Origin: Phoronis australis
Taxonomy: Eukaryota > Animalia > Phoronida
Reading direction: 5' to 3'
Assembly (NCBI GenBank): GCA_002633005.1
Contig: NMRA01000007.1
Location: 1,448,416 to 1,512,415, forward strand
Length of the DNA stretch: 64,000 nt
The notes below the pieces were generated by a model that saw nothing but the letters and a program-made list of their open reading frames with translations, was not told where the DNA came from and made no database searches. A program made the position numbers and the translations under genes. Below are positions 25,501-39,300 of this stretch, one piece after another (positions within the stretch are counted from its first letter, which is position 1; each line of letters starts with the position of its first letter).

Positions 25501-28500
25501 GTCACATGTCAGTTTTAGCTCGCTTAACATATGCATGCTGTGTAAACACTGTAGACTAGACTTACCTACAGGCACACAACATCAGGTCACATGTCAGTTT
25601 TAGCTCGCTTAACATATGCATGCCGTGTAAACACTGTAGACTAGACTTGGACAGTTCACTCTGACACTTCTTGATGTGCCGCCTTGCTTTCTGAAACAGT
25701 CAGTAGTTGATTATTTCACAACAGCGAAATTATCTCTGAAAACTCTTTCGTAACCTTGAGCAGCAGTGCTTGAATTTCTGTGTTTCAAGCTTTAGCCCAA
25801 TTTGAAGTTGCAAGTATTCTTTGTTTTGTAATCCAAGAAGAAAAGCACATATTCACACAACGGTAACATAGATCTAGATCGGGTATCAATTAAAACTAAG
25901 TTGTTTGCTTCCTCTCTTGTCATCGACATAATACATGTACTCAAAATATCTAACAAAAGATTTTTCAATAGTAAATACAACACGTTTGTTACCAGAAAAA
26001 TGAGCACACTACCGCAATGAAAAGGAGGAAAACGAAACAAATAGCGACCTATCCATCTCAGAGCAGTAAGGGTTAGGAGAGGGGAACAGCAATGTTTTAA
26101 GGGGGCCTATGTAGCTAGTTAGCTAGAGCCGACACACAACTGCAATAAATTGAAGACTACCACTGGCATGGAACGCCATTTATGTGCTCATCTGAAGTAT
26201 GGGAGATACACAGTTCCCATTGTTGTGAGCATGATTGGATTTATGAGTACGAAATGCACTGCTAATAAAGAAGGCTAAAAAATGATTACACATGAATGTA
26301 CGTTAAAACATGCCAGAAGGATTTTGTGGGTACTTTAAAGCGTTTATACACCCGCCTTCCATCACAAAAAGCAACTTTTAAATAAATGTACACCACTTAC
26401 CATCATGAAATGGGTCATAAATTTTTCCTCAGTCAAATCAAAAAATATTTCAAGCCATCAAAAGAACTGGCAGTTCATTAAATTGCTTGAGACCAGGCTC
26501 TACATGTTGGCTTGCGATGGTGTGCATTTAGTGCACCAAGTGAGATCTCAACAAATAACGAAGTGTCTCCTTTTGCGAACTCAGAAATTCCTTCTCATCT
26601 GTGAAAAGAACCTGTTTAGACTACTTTGACAGTGGCAAGCGATCTAAATCAAAAGTACGTTACTAGGATGGAATGCGGGTTTCTAGCCGATGTAATGCCG
26701 TACCTGGAACACGTCCGGCGTCAGGTATTCCAGAGATGCCGAGTCAGGGTGTGTCAACAACTGATACAACACAGAGCCATGGTCGTCAGGGAGACTTTTA
26801 GAGTCATTGGCTGCAATGAGACGACTACAACTGAAGCCAAAGGCACAGAAAAAAATGAAAAATTCCTGCTAGCATTAGTTTATTTTTTCCAGCTCTGTTG
26901 CCGAGTGTTTTGAGCAATAACACACAAGAATAACAGAATGTTTTTGCAAATGAATACAAACACAAAATCTACCGCAGCTTTTTGCTGTTATTTCATTGAT
27001 CAGTTTTCATTGTTTGTCACTAGGAATTTTGCAAAATTAGACCAAGAGTATCCCTGGTAACACTATCAAGAAACAGAACCATGCATATACCCTTGGGTTG
27101 TTTCACGAAAGTTATATCCGCTTGCTAACGGCGACATCTAGCCATCACATGTGATATCACATAATACTTACTGAACAATACTGCTGGCAGCATGTGAATA
27201 TTCAACAGATTAAGACTTAAGACATCTTTCATGTAACTGCCCCAATCTGTTAAACATGCAATTAGGATTCCAGTCTCTTAAAAAGCGTGTTACCTAGCAA
27301 CACTAAAATTTGGTGATATTGAAACTTGAGTTGGTGACAAGTCGGGAAAAAACAGTGAGCAGTAAACTGTAAAAACAGTAAAGTCTTCCTAACACTTATA
27401 AACAAGATCAACTTAAAATTCTGTTGATACCTTTCTGCTTAGCAAACTTTAAAACATAGGTCTCCGCTCTTCCAAGCTCAATTAAAACTTGTCCAGTGAC
27501 GGATCCAAAATCATTCAGCACATGTTTGTTGATAAGTTCTGGGAGATTCCCCTGGACATGATCCTAAAAACAAGATGGTGAACAATGTAGCTAATAAGCT
27601 CAGCACAATGAGACGCTAAGGTAAAGAAAAAGCCGAGTGTTTACTATTCATATTTTTAACAGAATTGACCTCTGCCCTTATAAGAAAACAGGGTCTTGCT
27701 GAAGCTATTTTAGCTCCATCAAATCCATGACTAAACTGAAGATGTCCTTCCAGGTTCAGAACTCAGTTAGAAACCAGTAACATAAGGAAGAGAAGTCTAG
27801 ATCAGTATGAAACAGATAAATATTATTTGGCAGAACTGTAACCTCAGTTTTGCAAGATTGCCATCTGAAAAGCATCTTCATTCAAATCTCTTCTATATGT
27901 CATTTTTGTATCCTATTTTCATCTGAAACCTAATTCATCTTGTTGATCGTGTCTTTTTCCAGATAATAATTTTGAGACATGCAGTTCTGAATCACTGGTT
28001 CGTAGCTAGGAAGTGCACACTAGAAAGTAAATAGTTAGTCACCAAGAAATATCCACACTATAGTAAAATCTCACTAATTTCGGACAACGATATTTGCCAA
28101 ACGAGACAATTTTTCAATTTCAAAGGACTCTAACATTGTTGTGAATACCCACAGTTTCTCAAAACATTTCACTAAAATAACGTTAGCTATGACATAGAAC
28201 TTTAAAATGATAAAGCATTTAATTGGTGCTATGTATCTTGCTCGTGATACTATGTCCTCAATTGGTCAAATTTTACAATACTACGCATCAGTGACTTTCA
28301 AGCAGTTATTAATCTAGTCAGAAGTTTTTCAAATTCATTTGCACGGACCGCCATTTTCTCACCACTGGGGCTCGCTTTTGATGGAGAAACGCAATAACTA
28401 ATAGTCGCTACTTACGTAAGTAGTTGCAGAGTTCCAGGCAAGCCCAGCACAAGAAATGTAACCAGGCCAGCTGAAAGTCTTGTGAGTCATGTGACCTTTA

Positions 28501-30299
28501 CCCGACCAGTCACAGACAACCATTCCTTGACCATCATACTTGAGAGTACATTGCACAGCCTTATGAATATTAGTTACAGCTGCCTCAGGACACCCCGCTA
28601 AACTGTGAGGAGAAATTGAGAAAAACTAAACCTAAATGAGAGTATTATTACTGTAAAGTTATTAATGGAAATTAAAATTAAAACTAATGAAGTCGTAAGT
28701 CTATAATGAAATGTGGGAAATAGACAGGGACACGTTAACAGGTACACAGTCAGATAATTCCTCAAAAAATTCTTTAGTTTGGGACACAATATGCGAGAAA
28801 AGTATAATTTCATTTTGTTAAATTTCACAATAGAAATAACCTTTCAAGAAATATTAGTAAAAATTTTCAGTACGCCTTTTGCACACACTTCTTTACGAAT
28901 TAGTGCATTTTCAGCACTTGACACAGGTGAAAATGTCTGCTCGAAAATACGAGTGATGGCGTACTTGCAACTCGTAAAATGTGGAGACAAAAAAACCTTT
29001 GAACGTCTGCTTGGTACCCGTACGAGTGATACAAGTGAGCCAAAATTTCTACTTGCATTTTACTTTTTCCACGAGTCTCGTATTTTCCGAGCGTTTACTA
29101 GCCCTGATTTTTAATCTGGAGCCCCAGGAAAGCCGGTATGTCACCATATCAAAAGTTGCCGGCTGCAATTCCTCATATGCCCAAGGCTGATTTATTTTTT
29201 AAAGCCAGTAAGGGTTGATTAAGCGTAATCTCATCTGCTCGTAACAGAGGTAAACAACTCAGGCCTAATGTAAACAAGCTTTAAACCTAAAATTTCAAGA
29301 AATTAACCTTCAAAATGTTTTCAGCAAGAAAAATTAACACAGCAGTATTCGATTTTTAAAAATCAGGGAATTATTGACTGAAATCTTTAAATTGCATTTG
29401 AAAAATTTTGATTGGCTGACTGCCGATTATACGCCCACTTAATTATTTCAGGGGTCTCCACGTACAATAAACAGCTTCAATAGACGGAAGAGTTTAGGGT
29501 GGGGGTAACGGCTGTAACTGCAGAAAATCCCATCATGCTTTGCTTTGGCTTTTTTGCATGGTTTGTAGAGTATGGCTTTCACAAAACAACATCAATAAAA
29601 TTTTGAGCATTTGTAGTAATGCAATGAGCCTTTGAAAAATAGAAAATGTTTATTTTAGTTATGAATGTCCCATATTAAAGAGTTTTCGCACATTTTGGGA
29701 AAACCTACCTATTCCAAGCAGCTGTGCCAGGACACACTTGGAATGGAACACTGAAAAGTAAAAAAAAATATCATTAGAAAAGAAAGTATCAAATATTTGA
29801 GATCAATAGTTACACAACCTACCATATTCAAAGCATCATATCACAGAACATTTTAATGATGAAATGCTAAGACATGTTTTATTGGTCAAAAAGGTTGTCA
29901 TTTGCTTTACATAGAAACAAACAATGCACAATTACCCATTCTCAGCATAACTTTTGCAGTATTTCTCGAAGTCATAATCGGCCTGAAAAGAAAAACATCA
30001 ACTCGGTCACAACTCCAGATTCATAAAACAACCAACCATTCTGATAACTGTTTTGCACTTTCTATTAACGTTTCCATAAATTTTTTACTCTATAAAAAGA
30101 GTATACCACTTCATAGAAAACTGACAAGAACTTTGAAAAGAATAACAAAAAGTCATGGTATCACAAATTTTGCACAAAATGGAGGGGTCCTGACCAACTA
30201 TTTTAATTTTATGCTATTTCCTGCTATTGTTCTCATAGTTCTTTGGTATTAAAGAGACGGTGGTTTTCAAAGATCAACATCCAAGCAAAATCACGCACG

Positions 30300-30335
<36 letters not shown>

Positions 30336-33300
30336 CTCTACGGTTGCAGTCAAACACTCTACTGGCAGAGATAACCCTCATTTAATAAATTTCAGAATAT
30401 CTTAAGCATATTCAACTGGTAAAGTCACAGGCCTTCATTTCAACAAATGACTGGCAGCCAATGGAGAGCGTTGGTTATTTACAAAGTCATAAAAAGACAA
30501 TTGCGGGATTTTGTTGTTTTCACTGCAGTTAAAGCTAACAAAAAATCATTCCGATTTCAAGAACCCAAATACTAAGAAGTAGAATACCTAAACTAACTCA
30601 CTTGAAAACCGTACTCCATGAGAGACATGTTGAGAGGAAGCTGGCGAACAACAGATGAAGAGTCGTCATGGAAAACATAGGCACACAGCTGGAGAGAATG
30701 GTTGGCGGAGAATGGAATGAGGCGATTGGCGTCAGCAGCATCCAAGTAATTCTCCTCTGATGTGTCAAGTATGAAGGTACTCAGACGGGGACCAATGTTG
30801 ATAACGCTAGAAATATGGATGGTATATTACAGTGATTAGTTGAAGGCATTCAGACGGGGGACCTATGTCGATAAAGCTAGAGAGATACAGATGGTATATT
30901 GCAGTGTTTAGGTAAAGATATTCAGACAGGGGACCAATGTTGATAATGCTAGATAGTTAAACATTGTACATTACAATGTGTTTAGTGTGATGTACTCAGA
31001 TGAGGACCAATGTAGATAACGATAGATAACTACACATAATATACTACAACGTGTCTAGTAGGCCATCTCTGTCTCTATGCATATTAGTTTAATTTCTATT
31101 ATACTATTTTCCTGGACAGATTTCCAATATTTTCTTTCATATCAAGATGCTATGGGAGAACAGTGTAATATTGTTCCGTAATAAACAATTGGTTTGAATA
31201 AGTATATTTCTCTACTACTACTACAACAACAACAAAAACTGGTAATCGTTGTTATACAGTGCACCATGCAACAGTAAAATTAAATCTTTCAATATGCAGA
31301 CAGGAGCCCATTACTCCTCTTTAAATGCCCAAGGCACACTCACTTGGAGTCATGAAAGCAACTGATGACATCATGGAATGTGTGATAAAGACTGCCTATG
31401 TCATCATAAGACAAGCCCGGCGCTATGTCCAGGACGGGTATGAGTAAGACGGAGCGTTGGCGGCAAAAGTAGGCCAGTTCAAGAAGCTCACTGAAAGACG
31501 AGATATACGGTCATTTAACGCAGTTTTAACTCCTCCCCCCTTCCATCACAAAAACCAACTTTTGATTTTGACCACTTTCCGTCACGAAATTGGTCTCAAA
31601 TTGTTTCTCAGTCAAATTAGAGGTGAATATTTCATTGCTTGAAAATAATTGACAGTTTGTTATTGCTCGAGACCAGGCTCAACAAGTTGTCTTGTCACGA
31701 CATGTCATTATAAGCACCGAGCACAGTCTTGAGATACAACTAACTCATGTCAGTTCTTTGTAAACCCAGAAATAACATCTCATCCGGGAAAATGGACAAA
31801 AGAGACTCAATCAAATGTTTTCTTTATAGATGGAACGCGGGTTTACAGCAGATTTAAGTGTCAAGAACTATAACACTACTACAGCTGATTACAATATTAC
31901 AAAAACACCAATACCAGTAAAATATTCAAAATGCCTTAAAACACAGAATATTTCCAGTGGAAATAATAAACTAGACAGGCATTCACTGTTCTGGTGTACC
32001 ATAAAATACGCATAAAATGACATGTTTGATTAAATGCCAAGTAACTTATGGTCATGAACTGCTATAACTTTGTTTAATTTTCTTTCGAAGTTTCAAATAA
32101 AAGTTTCAAAATAAGTTTCCTCGATAGCCCAACATCCAGCAACACCAGCAGACATATGGCAAAACAATTCACCCTACATTCGACACCGTATTATTACCGT
32201 ATCATCCCACTACTAGATGACAAACTTAATAAAAAAACAAGTGTGTACAACGAATAACTGTATTCATAACAGAAGTTTTCACGCAGCAAAATACAAAGTT
32301 AGGCCAAAAATCAGCATAATTGGTTCTGATCTGCTTGTTTTGAAAATTGATGTGGTGATGCAGTGTTTTTTTATTAGTTAAAAAGAAAAAGTCATTTTAC
32401 GCCAGATGAAATGGGTCATGACCCTTCTCTTGTTTCTTTACGCAATACCACCCAATGCCATCTTTGAGGCGCAGGTTTTAAAATGGGTCTGGCATAGACC
32501 GGAATCCATTATGCTATTTTCTTGGTTTTACCTCTTTGAATAACACAGCTGCCACAATCTGGGATTCTCCTCGTGAACTTTGAACCTTGTGTATAGGTGG
32601 ACTTGGTTAATTTTCATCATACACAGAGTATCCACAAGATCTTTCAGGGCTTCCTAGAAAAAAAAACAATGCACACATTCATTAACACCTAGTAAAAGAC
32701 ACAGGAAAATAGAATAGAATAGAATAGAAAAGTAATTTGGATTCTTGAAAGGTATTTTAAATTGGTAATCAGGTATTCAGCATGAGGGTAAATAAAAAAC
32801 ATGAGATATGCCAAAGGAAAAATGTATTGTTTGTTAGGTTGACAGAAATTATTAGGCAATTCTTCTTCTTACCAGTTTAGGGATTTGGGCTTGGGAGACA
32901 TTACTTTATTGATGCAAGTCGTTTTATAACTTACCTGCTTAGGAATTCTTCCTTGTGAAACATCTAACAAAACACCGCGACTGCTTAAATTTGGCCAATC
33001 AGAGATCTGCATAGCGAGAAAAATAAACATTTAGTGATTCAGAAAACTTTCACTGCCAGTCTATGTTTACATCTGAAGCCCGGAAAGCATTCCGTAGACT
33101 TAGTTTCTTGCAAGAAAAGCAGGCTCTAGCAAGACATTGCAAAACCACACAGCCAAGTGACCGTTTCAAAAGTATGCTTCTGGGCTTACTAGACTATCCT
33201 AGCAAAATGGCCTCCACGGAAGTGATTGGTCGGCGAGGTTGGAGTGTTGAACTGTGAGATTAAATTCACTGCTTCTGTTCCACAAGATTTTTTGCCACAA

Positions 33301-36300
33301 GTGCACGCTAAGGTCTTGAGGTCTACAGAACAGTTCTGTTATAGCTATACACATGTTATTAAGTTGTTCTTACAATTGATATACTGGACACTCCTCATCA
33401 GACCCATATTGATAAATGATACTCTAATTGTACTAACCTTACAGGACGATACCATTTGAGTCAAGTTAGTAGGAGGTCTTTAATGCGTCATACACTAAAT
33501 ACCAAATCAGATTTTAAACACAGGTGTAACATCACCTTTAAAGAGGTTTTCTAAAACACAAGTTACCCTTCCTAATTGTACAAGTCTTGACTACAGATGG
33601 AATCGTTTCAGCTGCTAGAATTGATGCAGCAAAATTGATTCAGCTTTAGGGTAGCTTTGACTCGGCTTTTAATGTGTTACTTATTGCAGAACATGACTGG
33701 AATAGTTAGCTAGAAAGTGTACACAATAATACAGTGCACACAAATTTGACAAAAACTTGAAAAATACTAGTTGCTAAGCATTGGTTTCCCGCTGATGTGG
33801 CTGAAAGCAAGAATTGTCAAAAGCTCTGTCGTTGAACTCGAATTACAGAAAAATTAATGTTGACAGTTGTACCTGTAGCTGAGGTATTCCTTCCAAATGA
33901 CACAGGTGAAGAAGTTGTGCAAACGTGGCAATGGCGTAGTTGAGTCCTGCAATATCACTTGCCAGGATCTTAACCTATCCAAAGGTAAAGTACAAAAATT
34001 ATTAAACGTAAACAACAAAAGGTGCGCAGTGCTTCTCAATTTATTTGTTTTTTTTGGTCTACAGATGCTCTTGACCTTATATTCAGAGCACCAATATGCT
34101 AAATTTCAAGTCCAAAGGTTTCCATTTCACAACACAAATTATAAACAAATACAACATACACATATTTGGAAAGCAACAACATGTGCATGTGTTTCAAGAC
34201 ATGGTATGCCATACGTGCTCAATGAGCGACTGACTCATGAAGCAAATCTAAGTTACGACTATGCGCAGGAGCATTCATGATACGTGAGAAAATTAGGCAA
34301 AAATTGCGTTATCTGTATATTTTATGACTGTTGCTTAATAAATAAAAAATATAAATAAAAAATAATATAACCACACATGCACGTACGCACGCACACACAC
34401 ACACACACACACACCTGATTACTGTATACAAACATCTGGTAGCTTTCCCTGGTCTTGAACAACCTACTGTTCACTTGACACAGAATACCACCAGTGTCCT
34501 GTATGCCGAATGTAGTAGATGAGCTCTGAATGGTCAACCTGAAGCCCAGTCTTTGAATGTTGTAATGCTTGATACTCCACGCTGCACAGGCTTCTGACGT
34601 GAGGCCTAGATAACAAAAGAACATTTGTTTGCCGCTAATAAAAATGTAAAGATTGATCCTTATTATGGTAATTCTTTCAAAAATAACTGCATGCAAAAAC
34701 CAACAAGGATGAAATTTCTCAAACATGTTATTGCAATTATCAAAATCTCATTGTGATAGACAACTACTAGGTAAAAGTTCAAGCATGTCAACAATGTTGA
34801 TTGAAATGAGAGGTGTGGTAATTACCAATCAGAGTTTAACAGTCTCTTATTAATGTAGACAAGGGTTTTGCAGATACATAGAAATTTTTACAGAGCACAA
34901 TAACAACAAAGTACTAACCTTCTGGTCCGTTGATCACCTTCACAACAATGGTCTGACTGGGCCGGAATGAGGGACCACTATGAATTGTCATCCTCTGCGG
35001 TAATGGCCAGAGTAGGTTAAAGCGATGATCAGAGATAAGCGGTGGACTGATGCTGGAGCCCTCCAGAGTGTCTGCCAGCTACAAGGAGGAATACAGTTGA
35101 GAGCAATTTCCTCTGACAACTGAATTACGGTGCAAGAAAAATATAAATATTGCCAGGATTTACTTTAAAAACGGGAATTAACAGCTGCATTTTGTTGACC
35201 ACTGCTAACTTTTTCAAGCTTCTGCGTAACGCAATGATGTGTGTAACATCCATTCACAGATGAACTATTTTGAAATGTACACATTACTGTAGAATTATTG
35301 TTTATAAAGATTATACTGTGGATTGATTTGCTTTCAAAGAAAGAGAATCCAAACAGAAATAGTACTGTAATATTGTTTTACTGCAAGGAAACTGGGCTTA
35401 CAAGAGAACTATTATAATGATAAATGGCTCAACTCTTTCAAAATACTTTGATACAAAAAATACAAATTATGACAAAGGTATTATTATTAGTAAAGCTCAA
35501 AAACTAAATTTTAATTAATGTACTTCTAGAGAACAGATGCATAAAACTAAGTCAAAAACCAAATAAAACTATAACCTAAATCTTCAACAAGACCAGACCT
35601 TATGTTCAAAGCAGTGATTTGATTAAGCCACGTTTCATACCTTATTAACAACACCATTGCAACCAGTCCCCCCCTCAGATTCCATAGAAGCTGTACTGGC
35701 CAGCCTCTTAATTTTTTCTTCACTGTCTTGCTCCACACTTGGACCATTCACATCGCTTTGACCATCCACTCCCAGTTTCGACGATGGCTTTGTTAGAGAT
35801 TTCAGAATAACGGGCTGGCCTGCAGCCATGTCAAAGGCCGACAATCCAGCATCTTTCCTGGAAAAGTGAGAATTCATATATAAATGTACTACAAGAAAAA
35901 TGTAATCAGTAAAAATAATTATTGTTTCCGTGTCATGACGACTAATTCTGTGAACAGCAAACATGACTGGTGATAACTATTTGGGAGGCAAAATTCTTAT
36001 TACAGATTGGCTTAGCCAAATGATTGTCATTTGGATTCCCTTTCATTCTCGGTCATTAGGGAAGGCTATTCTGATGGTGAATTTGGCTTTTGTTCAGCCA
36101 TCATGACAAGGAATTCTGGGTCATTATGTATGAACAGTTTTGGCTTGAACTGTAGTTACATACTCACCTGGGTTAACGTCCATATTTGGCACAATGCCCG
36201 CCTCTAAAATTTCCAAAATTTCCAATTTTTCATAGGCTTACAACTAACAGCGAATTTAAATGACTAAGACTTCCTTGAAAGTGCCAGTGTCTTCATAAAT

Positions 36301-39300
36301 TCCAATCTCAAAAGAAGTTAAGTTCCCAAAACAAACGCAAGTCACTTTCCTTTGAGTAACAAACAATCAAGTTCACTGGCACCACACCAGTCTCTACTGA
36401 AGGAGACATAAAGCTTCTTTTGGCTCATACGCAATCTAATATCACTGCACTTGTGTGCAACATGAAGGTATTCACTCGAGTAAATTGATCATTCAGGTAA
36501 ACACCCATCTCAAGTTTTGAATGCCCATGTTCAGCCAAACAGCCACGCCTTGATCTTTAGTTTTTTGAATTTGAGTGCCCTGGGCGTCAACCGGATTGGT
36601 ATGTTTAATGCTTGATTAAGGAATTCAAACACACTTCATTTCCAAAATTTTGTGAGGAGACAAGAGTATTATTTATAAATGTTTTAAGAAAAAAACAACC
36701 TAAGGGAACCTGCATACCGGTCATAAAATATAGAAATTTCTACTATGCAGCATTCTTTGGTATAGCTAATAATGCTTGACAATCAAAATTGTGACTCCTG
36801 TGTCCGCTGATAAGCAAATGCACTTGCACCTAAAATGAAGAATTCAATCATATTTACGGACACTGAAGAAAAAACATTCCTAAAACGCTCCTCCCATGTT
36901 TCAACTCACCCTGAAGTAGCTTTAACATTTGGGTCTGCATCATTGAGTATGAGCTCTTCAATAATCTCGATGTTCATTCGCTTCACAGCATCATGAAGTG
37001 GGGTGTGGCCACAGTTATTGACAGCATTCACATTGGCCCCACGGTCTGCAAACACAAGATGGCCATGTTTAGACACTAACACACAGAAGAAAACGGAACC
37101 ATTTGATACAGTACCCGCTAGAAATAGTCGAGACAAAATGACCCAGAATTCCCCACCACATCATCCAGGCGGATATCAAATTCACCATCATGGTAGACTT
37201 TCGTCGTGGTTAATAATGAAGGACAGCACTCGAGTGGGTGGCCTAAAACAATTCCCAGGTTTTTTATACGGGCATCATAACAGTTCATTGACCAAAAAAG
37301 GGTAGGACAGCTGTAGCGCCACCCAATTCCCTGAAGATGCCTAAATGTAGGAATGTAGGTGTACCTTCATTCTCTAACTCAATTCCTCCCGCCGACAAAT
37401 GAACATACAATGCAAATGACTGCATGGGCTAGTGGCACCAATTTTGCCGATCTTGTCCAACTTTTGCCGAACAATTTTGACTTCTGTCTGTTTACTTCCT
37501 CTAGTAATTCAAACGTGGTAGCAAATGTGCGAAATAAACAGAAAAATGGTGAATCAAACGTATAAATTTTAGAAAACTGTTAGTTGCAAACTATGTGAAG
37601 GCGACACCATTGCATTCCGATAGTTTGGGAGGACATACCAAAAAGGTGACGACTTTAGTGGAAACTGAGATCCCAAAATCTTTGTCCTAATTCACTCAGT
37701 AATAATACACAAATCCAATCACAGAACACATTACCACAGAGACATTGCACCATGTCCTGGTTGGCATAAGTAGCAGCCCAGTGTAGAGGGGTGTTCTGGC
37801 TGGACGGACTGTCATGGAAGTTGATGTGGACGCCAGCCGCAAGCAACTGACATACACGGCCGACACTAGAATATAAAGTGAATTAGAAATACACAGCTGC
37901 TCACAAAGGGTGAAGACTGATTGATGTGACCGACACAACACAGCTATGGATAGTAGGGTCAATGATTTTCTGTTTCAAATTCAATTCATTTTTCTTGAGT
38001 CCCATTTCACTGTAAAATATTGAATGGGAATACAACGTCACACAATTGGTTTGTTTGGACTTTCTTACATTCCACCAGGCATTCATGTCGCAGCTCTGCT
38101 TGATCAGTAACTTGCTGCAAGCAATGTTCAGTAACTAAAAATAAAAAAATCTTAAAATTTGGGAATCTACTACCGAAATAAGTGAGTTCCATTCAAAACA
38201 TGTAATTCCATGAAAGAAGATGGGATTCCTTGAAGTACGATTTATTGCAGAAAGTCATTGGCTCCAAGATTTCCATAATCACTTGAGATTTCCAAAGCAT
38301 ACAAAACACACGCTTGAGGAAGGAAGATAATGGCCAACACATTAGAAACAATTTATACAACATAGTAGTTTTAACACTGGTGACGGGTAAGACTAATTTT
38401 CTCCTTATTTTGTTGAGCGATTCCATTTATTGTGCCACAAACTGAAGCAATCTAACAAGTCATTATGGGCATTTAAATGACGTTTATCCTTCTATTTTCA
38501 AAGACGAGTCTAATAATAGATTGGAGAATTGCAAAAGGATACCTTCCTCATAAAATTTAACCACACTGAGTGTTACAGTGCTCTGTCAGAAGCAACATAC
38601 TTGGACTGTGCTGTGCACTGCAGCATTTCCTGGTTGTACACATCCTTGATTTGATCGCTGACCGCCAGGTCCACTGGTGTCAGACCTTCCGAGTTCTGAA
38701 CACAGGGGTCAGCACCTGCCGCCAGTAGAGCACGGAGACAGTCAGGGTTCTCTAACTGAAACGAAATTGACTTGATTGTAATTTGAACCCACAAAAGATA
38801 AGAAAATTTAAAGGAATAGACCTTTTGCAAGGTTACAAGCAAGTTGGATTTTTGCCCCACTTCCCTTGGTGTCATGATGCTAACAAGTTACTGCACTGAA
38901 GTTTATAAGACCTACTTGTTTTCCACATGGAGCTATAGACTGGACATGCGAGGTTATGCAACATGATAGCGATTTCGTCCCACTTTTGAGCTAAGTTTGC
39001 AGACCCACAAGTCAGGAAGTGGTTTCTATTGAAACAGGCTAGATACAAAGTTTATATGTGCATCACTTTTCTTCAAAAGGCTGGGAACTCACCTTTCGTT
39101 CGATTTAAACCAAATTCAAGGATAAAACTGACCTCAACTTGTTCTTTACACAGATTATATTGTATTGCTGGGGTAGGAAATAACTCTCTGGCACTTCGTT
39201 ATTGCTTGAATCCAGACTCAACAAGTTGGTTTTTCGCAGCAGGCACTGACTTGTTGTTTATTGTTCATACCATTATCATTGCAGCGGGTCAATTTACGCA

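Noticed and set aside
27843-28019. AG...GT-bounded segment in an ANK-GH20 intron
   Set aside because: It has an in-frame stop in the required phase 0, and the flanking exons already join in phase.
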